This document shows positions 10,158 through 17,909 of a stretch of DNA of 64,000 bases, piece by piece. The notes beneath the pieces are model-generated. The model ran no database searches. It worked only from the letters and a program-made list of their open reading frames with translations, and had not been told where the DNA came from. Each line of letters opens with the position of its first letter. The first letter of the stretch is position 1. A program made the position numbers and the translations under genes. Where the stretch lies: positions 165,906 through 229,905 of the forward strand of contig CAWHWQ010000008.1 of NCBI GenBank assembly GCA_963833095.1. Direction: 5' to 3'. The DNA is from Vulcanimicrobiota bacterium (lineage in GTDB: Bacteria; Vulcanimicrobiota; Vulcanimicrobiia; Vulcanimicrobiales; Vulcanimicrobiaceae).

Positions 10158-11010
10158 GGTTCGAGCAACAGATCCGAGAGGCGCAAGAGTTCGGTTTCGT
10201 TGGCGAAACGGAACTCGATCTTGCCGCCTCTGTTGCCGCGCACCAGCGCCACGTGCGTGCCGAACCGCTCGCGCAGGCGCGACTCGAACTCAGCTTCGTC
10301 GGGCGAGAGGTCGCGGACGCGCCCAGTTGCGGCCGGCGTTTTGACTGCACCGGTGATTTTCTCGAGCGCCCGCACGGAGAGACCATCTTTGAGGGCGCGC
10401 TGCGCCAGCTTGAGACGGTCGCTCGCTGGAGCGGCAAGCAGCGCACGGCCGTGTCCGGCGGATAGGCGCCCGTCGACCAGCATCACCTTGATCGCGTCAG
10501 GCAGCGCGAGCAGTCGCAGGGAATTGGCGATCGCCGGACGGCTGCGTCCCAGGCGCCCCGCCAGATCTTCCTGCGTGAAGCCATACTCATCCATCAAGCT
10601 CGAAAAGCCGGCAGCTTCTTCGATCGGATTGAGGTTCTCGCGCTGGAGATTTTCGATGATCGCGACTTCGAGCGAATCACGGTCGTCGGATTCGCGCACG
10701 ATCGCCGGAATCGTCGGCCGCTGCAGTGTTGCGCACGCGCGCCAACGCCGTTCGCCCGCCACGAGTTCGAAGTTCTCGCCGCGTTTGCGCACAATGATCG
10801 GCACCAGCACGCCGTACTCGCCGATCGACACGCGCAGATCGTCCATCGCGGCTTCATCGAAATGTTTGCGTGGCTGAAACGGATTGGGGGTGATGCGCGC
10901 TACCGGAATTTCTCGCAGCGCTTCTTGCGCCGCGGGCGAGGTCGGAACCGGTGCGTCGCCGAGTAGCGCGCCCAGTCCCCGGCCCAATCCGCGCTTGGGT
11001 GCTGACTCAT
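10154..11010 (-). CDS. parB: Chromosome partitioning protein ParB/Spo0J
   Basis: [13 protein letters not shown]-terminal peptide, [20 protein letters not shown] (CTP-binding box II), [14 protein letters not shown] with [12 protein letters not shown]; one indel near 11003. Confidence 0.96.
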
Positions 11011-11779
11011 ACCGATGCGCGGTGCTCCGAGCAATTCTTTCGCGAGCGAAATATAGGCTTGCGCGCCGCGGCTCTTTACGTCGAAGAGGATGACCGGTTT
11101 GCCAAACGACGGCGCTTCAGAAAGACGGATGTTGCGCGGAATCTGTGTTTTGAACATCTGCTGCGGGAAGAATTTTTCAAGCTCGTCGAGCACTTCCATC
11201 GCCAGGCGCGTGCGGCCGTCGAACATCGTCACCAGGACGCCGCTGACGTGCAGGGTGGGGTTGAGCGCTTCGCGCACGCGGCGGACCACGGCGGTGAGCT
11301 GCGAGAGACCTTCGAGCGCGTAATACTCGGCTTGCACCGGAATGATCGCTTCTTCCGCCGCGGTGAGCGCGTTAATCGTGAGAAGCCCGAGCGACGGCGG
11401 GCAATCGATCAAGATGAAATCGTAGCGTGAGGCGACCGGTAAGAGTGCTTGGCGTAGACGCGTTTCACGCGAAAGCAAAGAGACAAGCTCGATCTCGGCA
11501 CCGGCCAGATTGATCGTTGCGGGCACGAGCGTAAGTGTGTCGATCTCCGTGCGCACCGCGACATCGTCGATGCTCGCTTCCTGCAACAAGACGTCGTAGA
11601 CATCGCGTTGCAAGCCGTGCTTGTCGATACCGAATCCCGTCGTCGTGTTGCCTTGCGGATCGCAATCCACGACGAGCACGCGCCGGCCTTCAACGGCAAG
11701 CGCAGCACCGAGATTAACGGCTGTCGTGCTCTTTCCGACGCCGCCTTTTTGATTTACGAGGGCGATAATGCGACGTCAA
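11005..11779 (-). CDS. parA: Chromosome partitioning ATPase ParA/Soj
   Basis: [21 protein letters not shown] lies in frame upstream of the tracked [47 protein letters not shown]. Both ends affected by indels. Confidence 0.95.
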
Positions 11780-13167
11780 CCGATGGCTCTGTCAACAACG
11801 GCGAGATGGCCGTCCAGTAGTGCGAGGAGAACTTCGCGCTCGTTACGCTCGGGGCGCTCTGTAACCTGCTCGAACAGCCAGTGCAGCGCTGCGCCGACGC
11901 GTGCATCACCGCGAAATTCGCTCGGCGCCAAACCGTGGCGCACCATCGCTGCAATGACGTCGCCGCCGCTGATTGCAAGGTCGGCAACCGAGAACGCGGG
12001 CTTGCGTTCTACTTCCTCCCAGACCCGTGCTTCGAAGCGCTCGTTCGAATCGTCGCGCTTGGGCAAACCCGAACCCGCGATATCGGCGTGGCGCACGGCG
12101 AACTGGCGCTGCAAATGCTCGAGGCCGATGCGGCGGATGAAACGGCGAATCGCCGCGTCGCTGAGCTCGGGGTCCTGCACGTACATGTGCTGGCGGATCA
12201 GGTGCTCAACCGTGTCGACCGTCTCGTTGGAAAAGCGCAACCGCTGGAGCATCGCGGCCGCCATGTCGGCCCCGACCTGCTCGTGGCGATAGAAATGCGG
12301 GCCTTCCTTCGTTCGGGGCTTGCCAACGTCGTGGAGTAGTGCAGCCAAGCGAAGAGTCGCATCCCTCGGTGGAATTGCATCGAGGGTCGCTAGGTTGTGT
12401 TGCCAGACATCGTAAGCATGCCACTCGTTCTGCTCGACGCCGGCACCCTCGAGCAGCTCCGGCCAGAACCGCGCGAGCACCCCGGTATCCGCCAGGAGGC
12501 GCAGCCCAATGGAGGGCTTGGGCGCCAGGCCGAAGAGTTTTTGCAATTCGTCGTGGATACGCTCGGGCGCGACGCTGCTCACCAGAGGAGCGGCCGCGCG
12601 CATCGCCTCGATCGTGGCTGGCGTGGGCTCATAGCCGAAGCGTGCGGCGAACTGTGCGGCGCGCAGCATGCGCAGCGGATCTTCTTCGAAGGCGACCGGG
12701 GTAAGGATATCGATTCGGCGCGCGCGGATGTCAACCGCGCCGCCATAGGGATCGACGAGCTCGGCGCCCGGAAGCGCACGGGCGATCATGTTCATCCGGA
12801 AGTCGCGCCGAGCCAGGTCGTCCTCGAGGGGGATCTCCGGCCCGCTCTGGACCTCGAAATCGCGGTGTCCATGGCCGGTTGAGCGCTCGCGGCGCGGCAA
12901 CGCCACGTCGACGACCAGGCCGCCGACCGTCAGCTTGGCCACCGCAAAGGCGGCGCCAACGAGATCGACCCGTCCCAGCGTCTGGAGGCGCGCGGTCAAC
13001 GCCTCGAGCGTCAGGCCAGTAACGACATAGTCGAGATCCTTGGCCGGCACGTCGACCCCTTCGAGGTCAGCACGAAGCTCGTCGCGCACCCGACCGCCGA
13101 CGGCAAAGAGCCGGCCGGGCGCGAGCGCCTCAGCCAGCCGGGCGTCGAGCGGATGAGACTGGTACAT
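11776..13167 (-). CDS. cca: Class II tRNA nucleotidyltransferase (CCA-adding family) with HD domain
   Basis: AVGGRVRD...DLDY, LARRDFRMN, EDPLRMLRAAQFAARF, ERIHDEL, ALLHDVGKP; AGGAGG RBS. Confidence 0.9.
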   Translation of the reverse strand: MYQSHPLDARLAEALAPGRLFAVGGRVRDELRADLEGVDVPAKDLDYVVTGLTLEALTARLQTLGRVDLVGAAFAVAKLTVGGLVVDVALPRRERSTGHGHRDFEVQSGPEIPLEDDLARRDFRMNMIARALPGAELVDPYGGAVDIRARRIDILTPVAFEEDPLRMLRAAQFAARFGYEPTPATIEAMRAAAPLVSSVAPERIHDELQKLFGLAPKPSIGLRLLADTGVLARFWPELLEGAGVEQNEWHAYDVWQHNLATLDAIPPRDATLRLAALLHDVGKPRTKEGPHFYRHEQVGADMAAAMLQRLRFSNETVDTVEHLIRQHMYVQDPELSDAAIRRFIRRIGLEHLQRQFAVRHADIAGSGLPKRDDSNERFEARVWEEVERKPAFSVADLAISGGDVIAAMVRHGLAPSEFRGDARVGAALHWLFEQVTERPERNEREVLLALLDGHLAVVDRAIG

Positions 13168-13261
13168 CGCCTCCTATCGTATCAGGACGGTTCCATGCCG
13201 CTTCGCGGCGCCGCACATCCTGTGCTCGGAACCTTCCTCACCATCCTGGCGATCGCGAAAA

Positions 13262-13277
13262 TGTTCCCCGTGAAACA
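13262..13277. promoter_or_regulatory. parS site 1
   Basis: TGTTCCCCGTGAAACA, 14/16 to the consensus TGTTTCACGTGAAACA; upstream of cca-parA-parB. Confidence 0.8.
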
Positions 13278-13443
13278 TTTGGTGATTATCCCTTGACCGC
13301 ACGTATCCGGCGGAAAGGATTTTTCGCCATTCCAGGTTGGAACGGCGCTGAAAAGCGACTCATCTGAGAGGATTCTCACTCCTGTTGAAACCGAAATTGG
13401 ACCAACGTAGACTTGAGGCATCAGGGCTAAGGAGGCCCAAGCT

Positions 13444-13632
13444 ATGATGCCCGCAGACGAACCCTTCGCTGTGACCAGAGTGATCGGCACCGCCCACGAT
13501 TTGGTTCAAATGCTTCGTGGCTACGGTCAACCCGCAGTTACTCCAAGCGCGGTCGTTGACGGCAAGAGCCTCAAGGACGCGCTGCTGGGCCTGCGGAGCG
13601 TTATCGACGAATTCTTAGCGGGGAAGCTCTAA
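13444..13632 (+). CDS. Small hypothetical passenger protein (62 aa)
   Basis: AAGGAGG RBS upstream; amphipathic C-terminal helix LKDALLGLRSVIDEFLAGKL. Confidence 0.6.
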   Translation: MMPADEPFAVTRVIGTAHDLVQMLRGYGQPAVTPSAVVDGKSLKDALLGLRSVIDEFLAGKL

Positions 13633-13750
13633 GAATCGCGTTCCGATTCCGCCTTAGCTACCTCTGCCGCCGCAAGCTTGCCGTACCAGGTAAGGAACTC
13701 CTCGCTGTGCTCGACGCCGAAAGCGATGATCGACCTCGGCGACAGCCTTT

Positions 13751-13903
13751 TTACTCAGCCGTTTCTTTAACGCGGAGCCGGATTGCGAGCAGCTTGCGGT
13801 TCTCGTCCTCAGTAAGTTCGGGACGGCTAATCTCGACGAGATTTTCAAGTTCGTCCTCATCCGGATCGCGAGCTTTGCGCGTTCGTTTGGCCTTCTCTTC
13901 CAC
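13751..13903 (-). CDS. Small charged hypothetical passenger protein (50 aa, possibly longer via indel)
   Basis: Hand translation MEEKAKRTRKARDPDEDELENLVEISRPELTEDENRKLLAIRLRVKETAE; a protein-like frame (LSPRSIIAFGVEHSEEFLTWYGKLAAAEVAKAESERDS) continues past an A5 run to about 13629. Confidence 0.4.
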   Translation of the reverse strand: MEEKAKRTRKARDPDEDELENLVEISRPELTEDENRKLLAIRLRVKETAE

Positions 13904-14103
13904 GGGAAGGCCACTATAGCACGTTGATCCGCGAATTTGCTTCGATCATCCGCAAAAAGAGCAGGATAGCGGATTTTCCTCGGGGAACAGCATCGAACAC
14001 ACGGTCGCGAGGATGAAGCCTACGCTTCGCCCAAACGGCCAAGTCCCGAAAGGGAAGGGCGCCAACGTTGCAACGCTGACGCCCATTGGACCGGTTCTGG
14101 GAC

Positions 14104-14176
14104 CTCCCGGGGTCGGAATCGAACCGACAGCCTGACCATGGACAGTGGACCGCTCTACCATTGAGCTACACCGGGA
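14104..14176 (-). tRNA. Atypical tRNA-like gene, anticodon GTC (Asp), inside the transposon
   Basis: Minus strand TCCCGGTG-TA-GCTC-AATGGTA-GAGC-G-GTCCA-CTGTCCA-TGGTC-AGGCT-GTCGG-TTCGATT-CCGAC-CCCGGGA-G. Canonical D and T arms; bulged acceptor stem, T-T mismatch in the anticodon stem, C37, no encoded CCA. Confidence 0.8.
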
Positions 14177-14268
14177 TCAAGGAACGAGGGCGAGGCCGCC
14201 AGCCTCGCCTTTTCCTATCCAAGGGTCCCGTTGCGTCGTTACTCTGCCCGAGTGCCCACTCCTTGTGA

Positions 14269-14296
14269 TCGACCTGTGGATAGACCGCAATATAAT
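14269..14296 (+). promoter_or_regulatory. Candidate sigma70 promoter for the transposase
   Basis: TCGACC (14269-14274), 16-nt spacer, TATAAT (14291-14296), about 110 bp upstream of the transposase ATG. Confidence 0.45.
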
Positions 14297-14408
14297 GTGC
14301 ACGTTGTGTGCAGGAGCTTCAAAAACACAAGATATAGCGGGTCGATTTTCTCCCTGACCGCACGTAAAATGCCAACCAGGTGGCATGTCGGCCACCTAGC
14401 TTAGAAGC

Positions 14409-15329
14409 ATGGCTTCTAAGACGAACCTGGCCCCCGTGCAAAAGTATACGTTCAAGGATTTCGAGCAAGACTTCCCAACCGAGCGCGCATGCATGGAATG
14501 GCTGCTGGAGCACTTCTATCCCTACGGCATCCATTGCCTGACCTGCGGTGAGGTCCGGCCTCACCATCTGCTCAAGACTCGCCCGAAGGTCGCCTCATGC
14601 GACTACTGCGGGTCGCACACACATCCGACAGCCGGTACGATCTTCCACAAGTCGCGCACGTCGCTGCGGACGTGGTTCCACGCGATCTTCCTGATGAGCG
14701 CCACCCGATGCGGAATCTCGGCCATGCAACTAATGCGCGAAACCGGCGTCACCTACAAGACTGCCTGGCGCATGTTCAATCAGATTCGCGCCATGCTCGC
14801 CGAGAACGTCGTGCTCGAAGGCAAGGTCGAAGCGGACGAGACCTACATGGGCGGCTACAAGCGCGGCAAGAAGTATCGCGCCGGTGTCGGCAAGACCGTT
14901 GTCGCTGGTGCGGTCGAACGTGGCGGCAAAGTGTTCGCGTACCTGCCGAAAGACGGACGCGATGGCTACGAATTAACCGAGAACATTCGAGCGCGCGTGA
15001 TGCCCGAAACAATGATCTTCACGGACGAGGCGCTTCAATACAGTCGTCTGTCACGCATGGGCCAAGGCTATCTTCACCGTCGCATCCATCACGCGCAAAA
15101 AGTATATGTGCGCGGCGACGTGCATACGAATACGATCGAGGGGTTCTGGTCGTTAGTAAAAGGCGGGATTCGCGGGGTGTATCACTCGGTCTCCGCCAAG
15201 CATTTGCAAGGGTACCTGAACGAATACACCTTTCGCTACAATCACCGCGACGACGCGCGTCCTATGTTTAGGACTTTTTGCTCGAACGTCCGGAAGGACT
15301 TTGTGGCGATTCGCCGTCGCGTCGTCTAA
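14409..15329 (+). CDS. IS1595-family DDE transposase (ISXO2-like) with N-terminal zinc ribbon
   Basis: CLTCG...CDYCG, TAGTIFHKSR, GISAMQL..GVTYKTAW, VEADETYMGG, FTDE, HTNTIEGFWSLVK, YLNEYTFRYNHR; uninterrupted. Confidence 0.96.
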   Translation: MASKTNLAPVQKYTFKDFEQDFPTERACMEWLLEHFYPYGIHCLTCGEVRPHHLLKTRPKVASCDYCGSHTHPTAGTIFHKSRTSLRTWFHAIFLMSATRCGISAMQLMRETGVTYKTAWRMFNQIRAMLAENVVLEGKVEADETYMGGYKRGKKYRAGVGKTVVAGAVERGGKVFAYLPKDGRDGYELTENIRARVMPETMIFTDEALQYSRLSRMGQGYLHRRIHHAQKVYVRGDVHTNTIEGFWSLVKGGIRGVYHSVSAKHLQGYLNEYTFRYNHRDDARPMFRTFCSNVRKDFVAIRRRVV

Positions 15330-15453
15330 CAGCCTTACCGAGATCACGCATGAAATCCTCACGCGTGAACGATTCTAGACCTTGCGTTTTCATAGCAGCC
15401 AACGAATCCTTACTTGTTGCCGAATTGCTGCCTTGGTTTATGAGGTCTGTCAT
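15268..15453 (-). CDS. Small convergent passenger ORF overlapping the transposase 3' end
   Basis: 61 aa with AGGA RBS; amphipathic FTREDFMRDLGKAVRR; directly downstream of the Ntn-hydrolase gene. Confidence 0.5.
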   Translation of the reverse strand: MTDLINQGSNSATSKDSLAAMKTQGLESFTREDFMRDLGKAVRRRDGESPQSPSGRSSKKS

Positions 15454-15461
15454 AATGGTTC

Positions 15462-16269
15462 CTAACTTCTCTTCTCACCGAGTATTTGCTTTATTTGCAC
15501 GGGTTTGAAAGCCATCCATCCGCGTGATGGTCGCGACGTCTATGGCCCCTCCAACCCCGCGAACTCCGATCATCCACTGCTGTAGTGTTATCGTCACCCG
15601 AAGCATAGAAATAACTACGTCGATGCAGTCCTGAAGGGGAAGAAACTGCCAAGGGATAGGTAAGGCGAACTGCTCCTTAAGCTTCTTTTCAAGGTCAGGG
15701 TCGTGCTTTCCGAGGATGTTCTCTACCACTTCAGGTAAGCGGAAATCGAAGCCCTGAATCAGCCGATCTACCACCTCGCGTTGACCGCCCCACTGCACCC
15801 CAAAGTCCGGTAGGCTTTCCACGGGCTTGAGATTTATTGGGACCTTCACCTCAAATGCGCGCCCGTATGGAGCGCCTTCGTCATAACCGGCCACGAAGAA
15901 AATCATCTCTTGGCCTTGCGGGGGGTTCGGGTCCATGCCCGCTTTCTTCCATTGCTTATCAAAGAAAGCGCCAAGGCGCTCGGCGAATTGTTCGACGGAG
16001 AGCCGCTGCGCCCCGATTTCAGTGTCGAACTCGGGCATAAAGCTGACTGCCGTTCGAGGCTCATTTTGACCGATGACCCCGGCGCCAAAGGTGACCGCAG
16101 CCACATACGGCTGAGCCTTTGAGGTTAGCAGCTTACTCGCGTGGTCGTAGGTCGCAGGAATGAGGACCTGTTGTCCATTTGGCAGTTGCTGCATTACCGT
16201 TAAGGTGACCCGGCTGTCGGCGGCGAGCACGATCCCTTCCGGGCCTTTAAACACAAGTCCGAGAGACAT
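15462..16269 (-). CDS. Proteasome-beta-like Ntn-hydrolase (passenger gene)
   Basis: Real start ATG 16269: M-SLGLVFKGPEGIVLAADSRVT...KL, FFVAGYD, LQDCID, GVGGAIDVATIT. As read it stops at 15475; one indel near 15510 would give GFKPVQIKQILGEKRS* ending at 15462. Confidence 0.75.
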
Positions 16270-16368
16270 GGGCGGGTATTGTAGCACGGCACGCTCGGCG
16301 GCTGCCATGGGCCGTAGGTCGGTGCGGTTACGTGCCGTGCGGGGATAATCACCAAACATTTTCGCAAT

Positions 16369-16384
16369 TGTTTCACGGGGAACG
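16369..16384. promoter_or_regulatory. parS site 2
   Basis: TGTTTCACGGGGAACG; reverse complement CGTTCCCCGTGAAACA, 15/16 identical to parS site 1. Confidence 0.75.
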
Positions 16385-16432
16385 TGGCGGACGGCCAGCC
16401 TTCGAGGTTCCGCCGAGCGGGTTAGCCGGGCG

Positions 16433-17218
16433 ATGAGCACCCCGACTGCGTCGCCTGTGCGAAGCGCGAGGCGCTTAGCGAGGCCGAATGTCGAAGGCGG
16501 CCCTGTGCCGAAGTTGCGCAGCGTGAAGATCGGGCTGAGCTACGATCAGGGGTCGCCCAAGTATCGCCTTTATACCGGGGCGCTTATGGCTGCCGCGGAG
16601 CAGGCCAATATCGATGTTCAACCCTTTTGGCTCGCCGGCGCGGACCGGGAAACTGACTGGACCGCGATCCAGACGATGGACGGCCTGTTGCTTACCGGCG
16701 GAGCCGACATCGAGCCGCAGCGCTATGGTCTGAGCGACGCCGCCGGCGTTTGCTCGACGTATCCGGGGCGCGACGACATTGAATGGTCAATTCTCGAGGC
16801 CGCGATGGCGCGGCGTTTGCCGATGCTTGCGATTTGCCGCGGCATGCAGCTCATCAACGTATACCACGGCGGGACGCTCCATCCCGACCTCGTGACCGTT
16901 GAGAACCATCAGCTCGACGATGACCGGCGACACGCCGTGATGTGCGAGGCGACGGCGGCATTGCCCATTCTCATCGGCCAACTCGAGGGCGAGGTCACCT
17001 CGACCCATCATCAGGCCGTCGCAAAGCTCGGGCATGGGCTTCAGATTGCCGCGCGCCACGCGGACGGGACGGTCGAAGCGATCGAATGGACCCGCCCGAT
17101 GCGCCGCCCGTGGCTAGCCGCTGTACAGTGGCATCCGGAGCGCATGGGGCTCGATGAACCATTTTCGGGCGGACTTTTCCGCGGGTTTCTACAGGCCGTC
17201 TCGCTCGCGCGCGACTAA
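16433..17218 (+). CDS. Peptidase C26 / gamma-glutamyl-gamma-aminobutyrate hydrolase family
   Basis: DGLLLTGGADIEP, LAICRGMQLINVYHGGTL, STHHQAV, AVQWHPE (class I GATase triad). True start probably a GTG near 16505-16523. Confidence 0.88.
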   Translation: MSTPTASPVRSARRLARPNVEGGPVPKLRSVKIGLSYDQGSPKYRLYTGALMAAAEQANIDVQPFWLAGADRETDWTAIQTMDGLLLTGGADIEPQRYGLSDAAGVCSTYPGRDDIEWSILEAAMARRLPMLAICRGMQLINVYHGGTLHPDLVTVENHQLDDDRRHAVMCEATAALPILIGQLEGEVTSTHHQAVAKLGHGLQIAARHADGTVEAIEWTRPMRRPWLAAVQWHPERMGLDEPFSGGLFRGFLQAVSLARD

Positions 17219-17231
17219 GCCGACCCCGCGC

Positions 17232-17909
17232 CTACCAGCAGAGCGGGCGTTTCTCCGGAACGCCCGTCCGCCGTGGGAAACGGCTCGGGGTGGGCCCGAT
17301 TTTCCGCACCACAATGACGCGACGGTCGCCTTCGAGCGGCGTTTCGCTCTCGACGTGACCGCCCAGCATCACGGCCGCATCGCTGAGCGCATGGCGCTCG
17401 CGCGCGTCGATCGTGCCGCGTTGCAAGAGCGCTTTGCCGCCGACGGCCACGAACGGCAACAACAATTCGACCACGGTCGGACCGCCGGCGACCGCACGTG
17501 CCGTCCCGGTTGCAAATTGGTCCCGCAGCCGGGTATCGTGCCCGGCGACTTCGGCGCGCTCGGGTACCACCTCGCCCGCGAGTCCCAGTTCGCCCAACAT
17601 CCGCTCGAGGAAACGCGCCTTCTTCACGGTGGCCTCGATCAGGGTCACGGGGACGCCGGTTACGATCGCGAGCGGTATCGCCGGCAGGCCACCGCCTGAG
17701 CCGATGTCGACCAGCGATTCGCCGAGGTCGGCCGCAATCGTGAGGCTGTCGAGGATGTGCGGCGCAAACTCAGCCGCCGACTTCGCCCCGGTGAGATTGA
17801 ACTGACGGTTGGCCTCGAGCACGGCTTCACCATAGCGCACGAGGCGATCGAGGTGCTCGGGCGGTGCCCCGGACGCCTCAAGAAGCGCGCGAAGTTGCGG
17901 GTCACTCAA
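17232..17909 (-). CDS. rsmG: 16S rRNA G527 N7-methyltransferase
   Basis: [43 protein letters not shown]; follows mnmG. Confidence 0.95.
   Translation of the reverse strand: MSDPQLRALLEASGAPPEHLDRLVRYGEAVLEANRQFNLTGAKSAAEFAPHILDSLTIAADLGESLVDIGSGGGLPAIPLAIVTGVPVTLIEATVKKARFLERMLGELGLAGEVVPERAEVAGHDTRLRDQFATGTARAVAGGPTVVELLLPFVAVGGKALLQRGTIDARERHALSDAAVMLGGHVESETPLEGDRRVIVVRKIGPTPSRFPRRTGVPEKRPLCW

Larger units (their letters stand above)
13281..16353 (+). mobile_element. IS1595-family cargo transposon, 3073 bp, 8-bp TSD
   Basis: Left IR GGTGATTATCCCTTGACCGCACGTA (13281-13305); right IR reverse complement GGTGATTATCCCCGCACGGCACGTA (16329-16353), 21/25 identical; AAACATTT at 13273-13280 and 16354-16361; intact internal transposase. 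Confidence 0.93.

Noticed and set aside
11680..11779. cca TGA is in frame with parA, which lacks an in-frame start (possible readthrough fusion)
   Set aside because: An overlapping TTG start one base out of frame and nearby indels in parA/parB make a sequencing indel the simpler explanation.
13182..13490. 102-aa minus-strand ORF
   Set aside because: It crosses the transposon's left IR and parS1, so it is a chance frame.
14104..14176. tRNA as an integration (att) site of a prophage or island
   Set aside because: No integrase and no duplicated tRNA 3' end in the window; it lies inside IR/TSD-defined ends.
16270..16440. 57-aa N-terminal extension of the 321-aa ORF
   Set aside because: It spans the right IR, TSD and parS2; the Ntn-hydrolase pattern begins at Met-Ser 16269.
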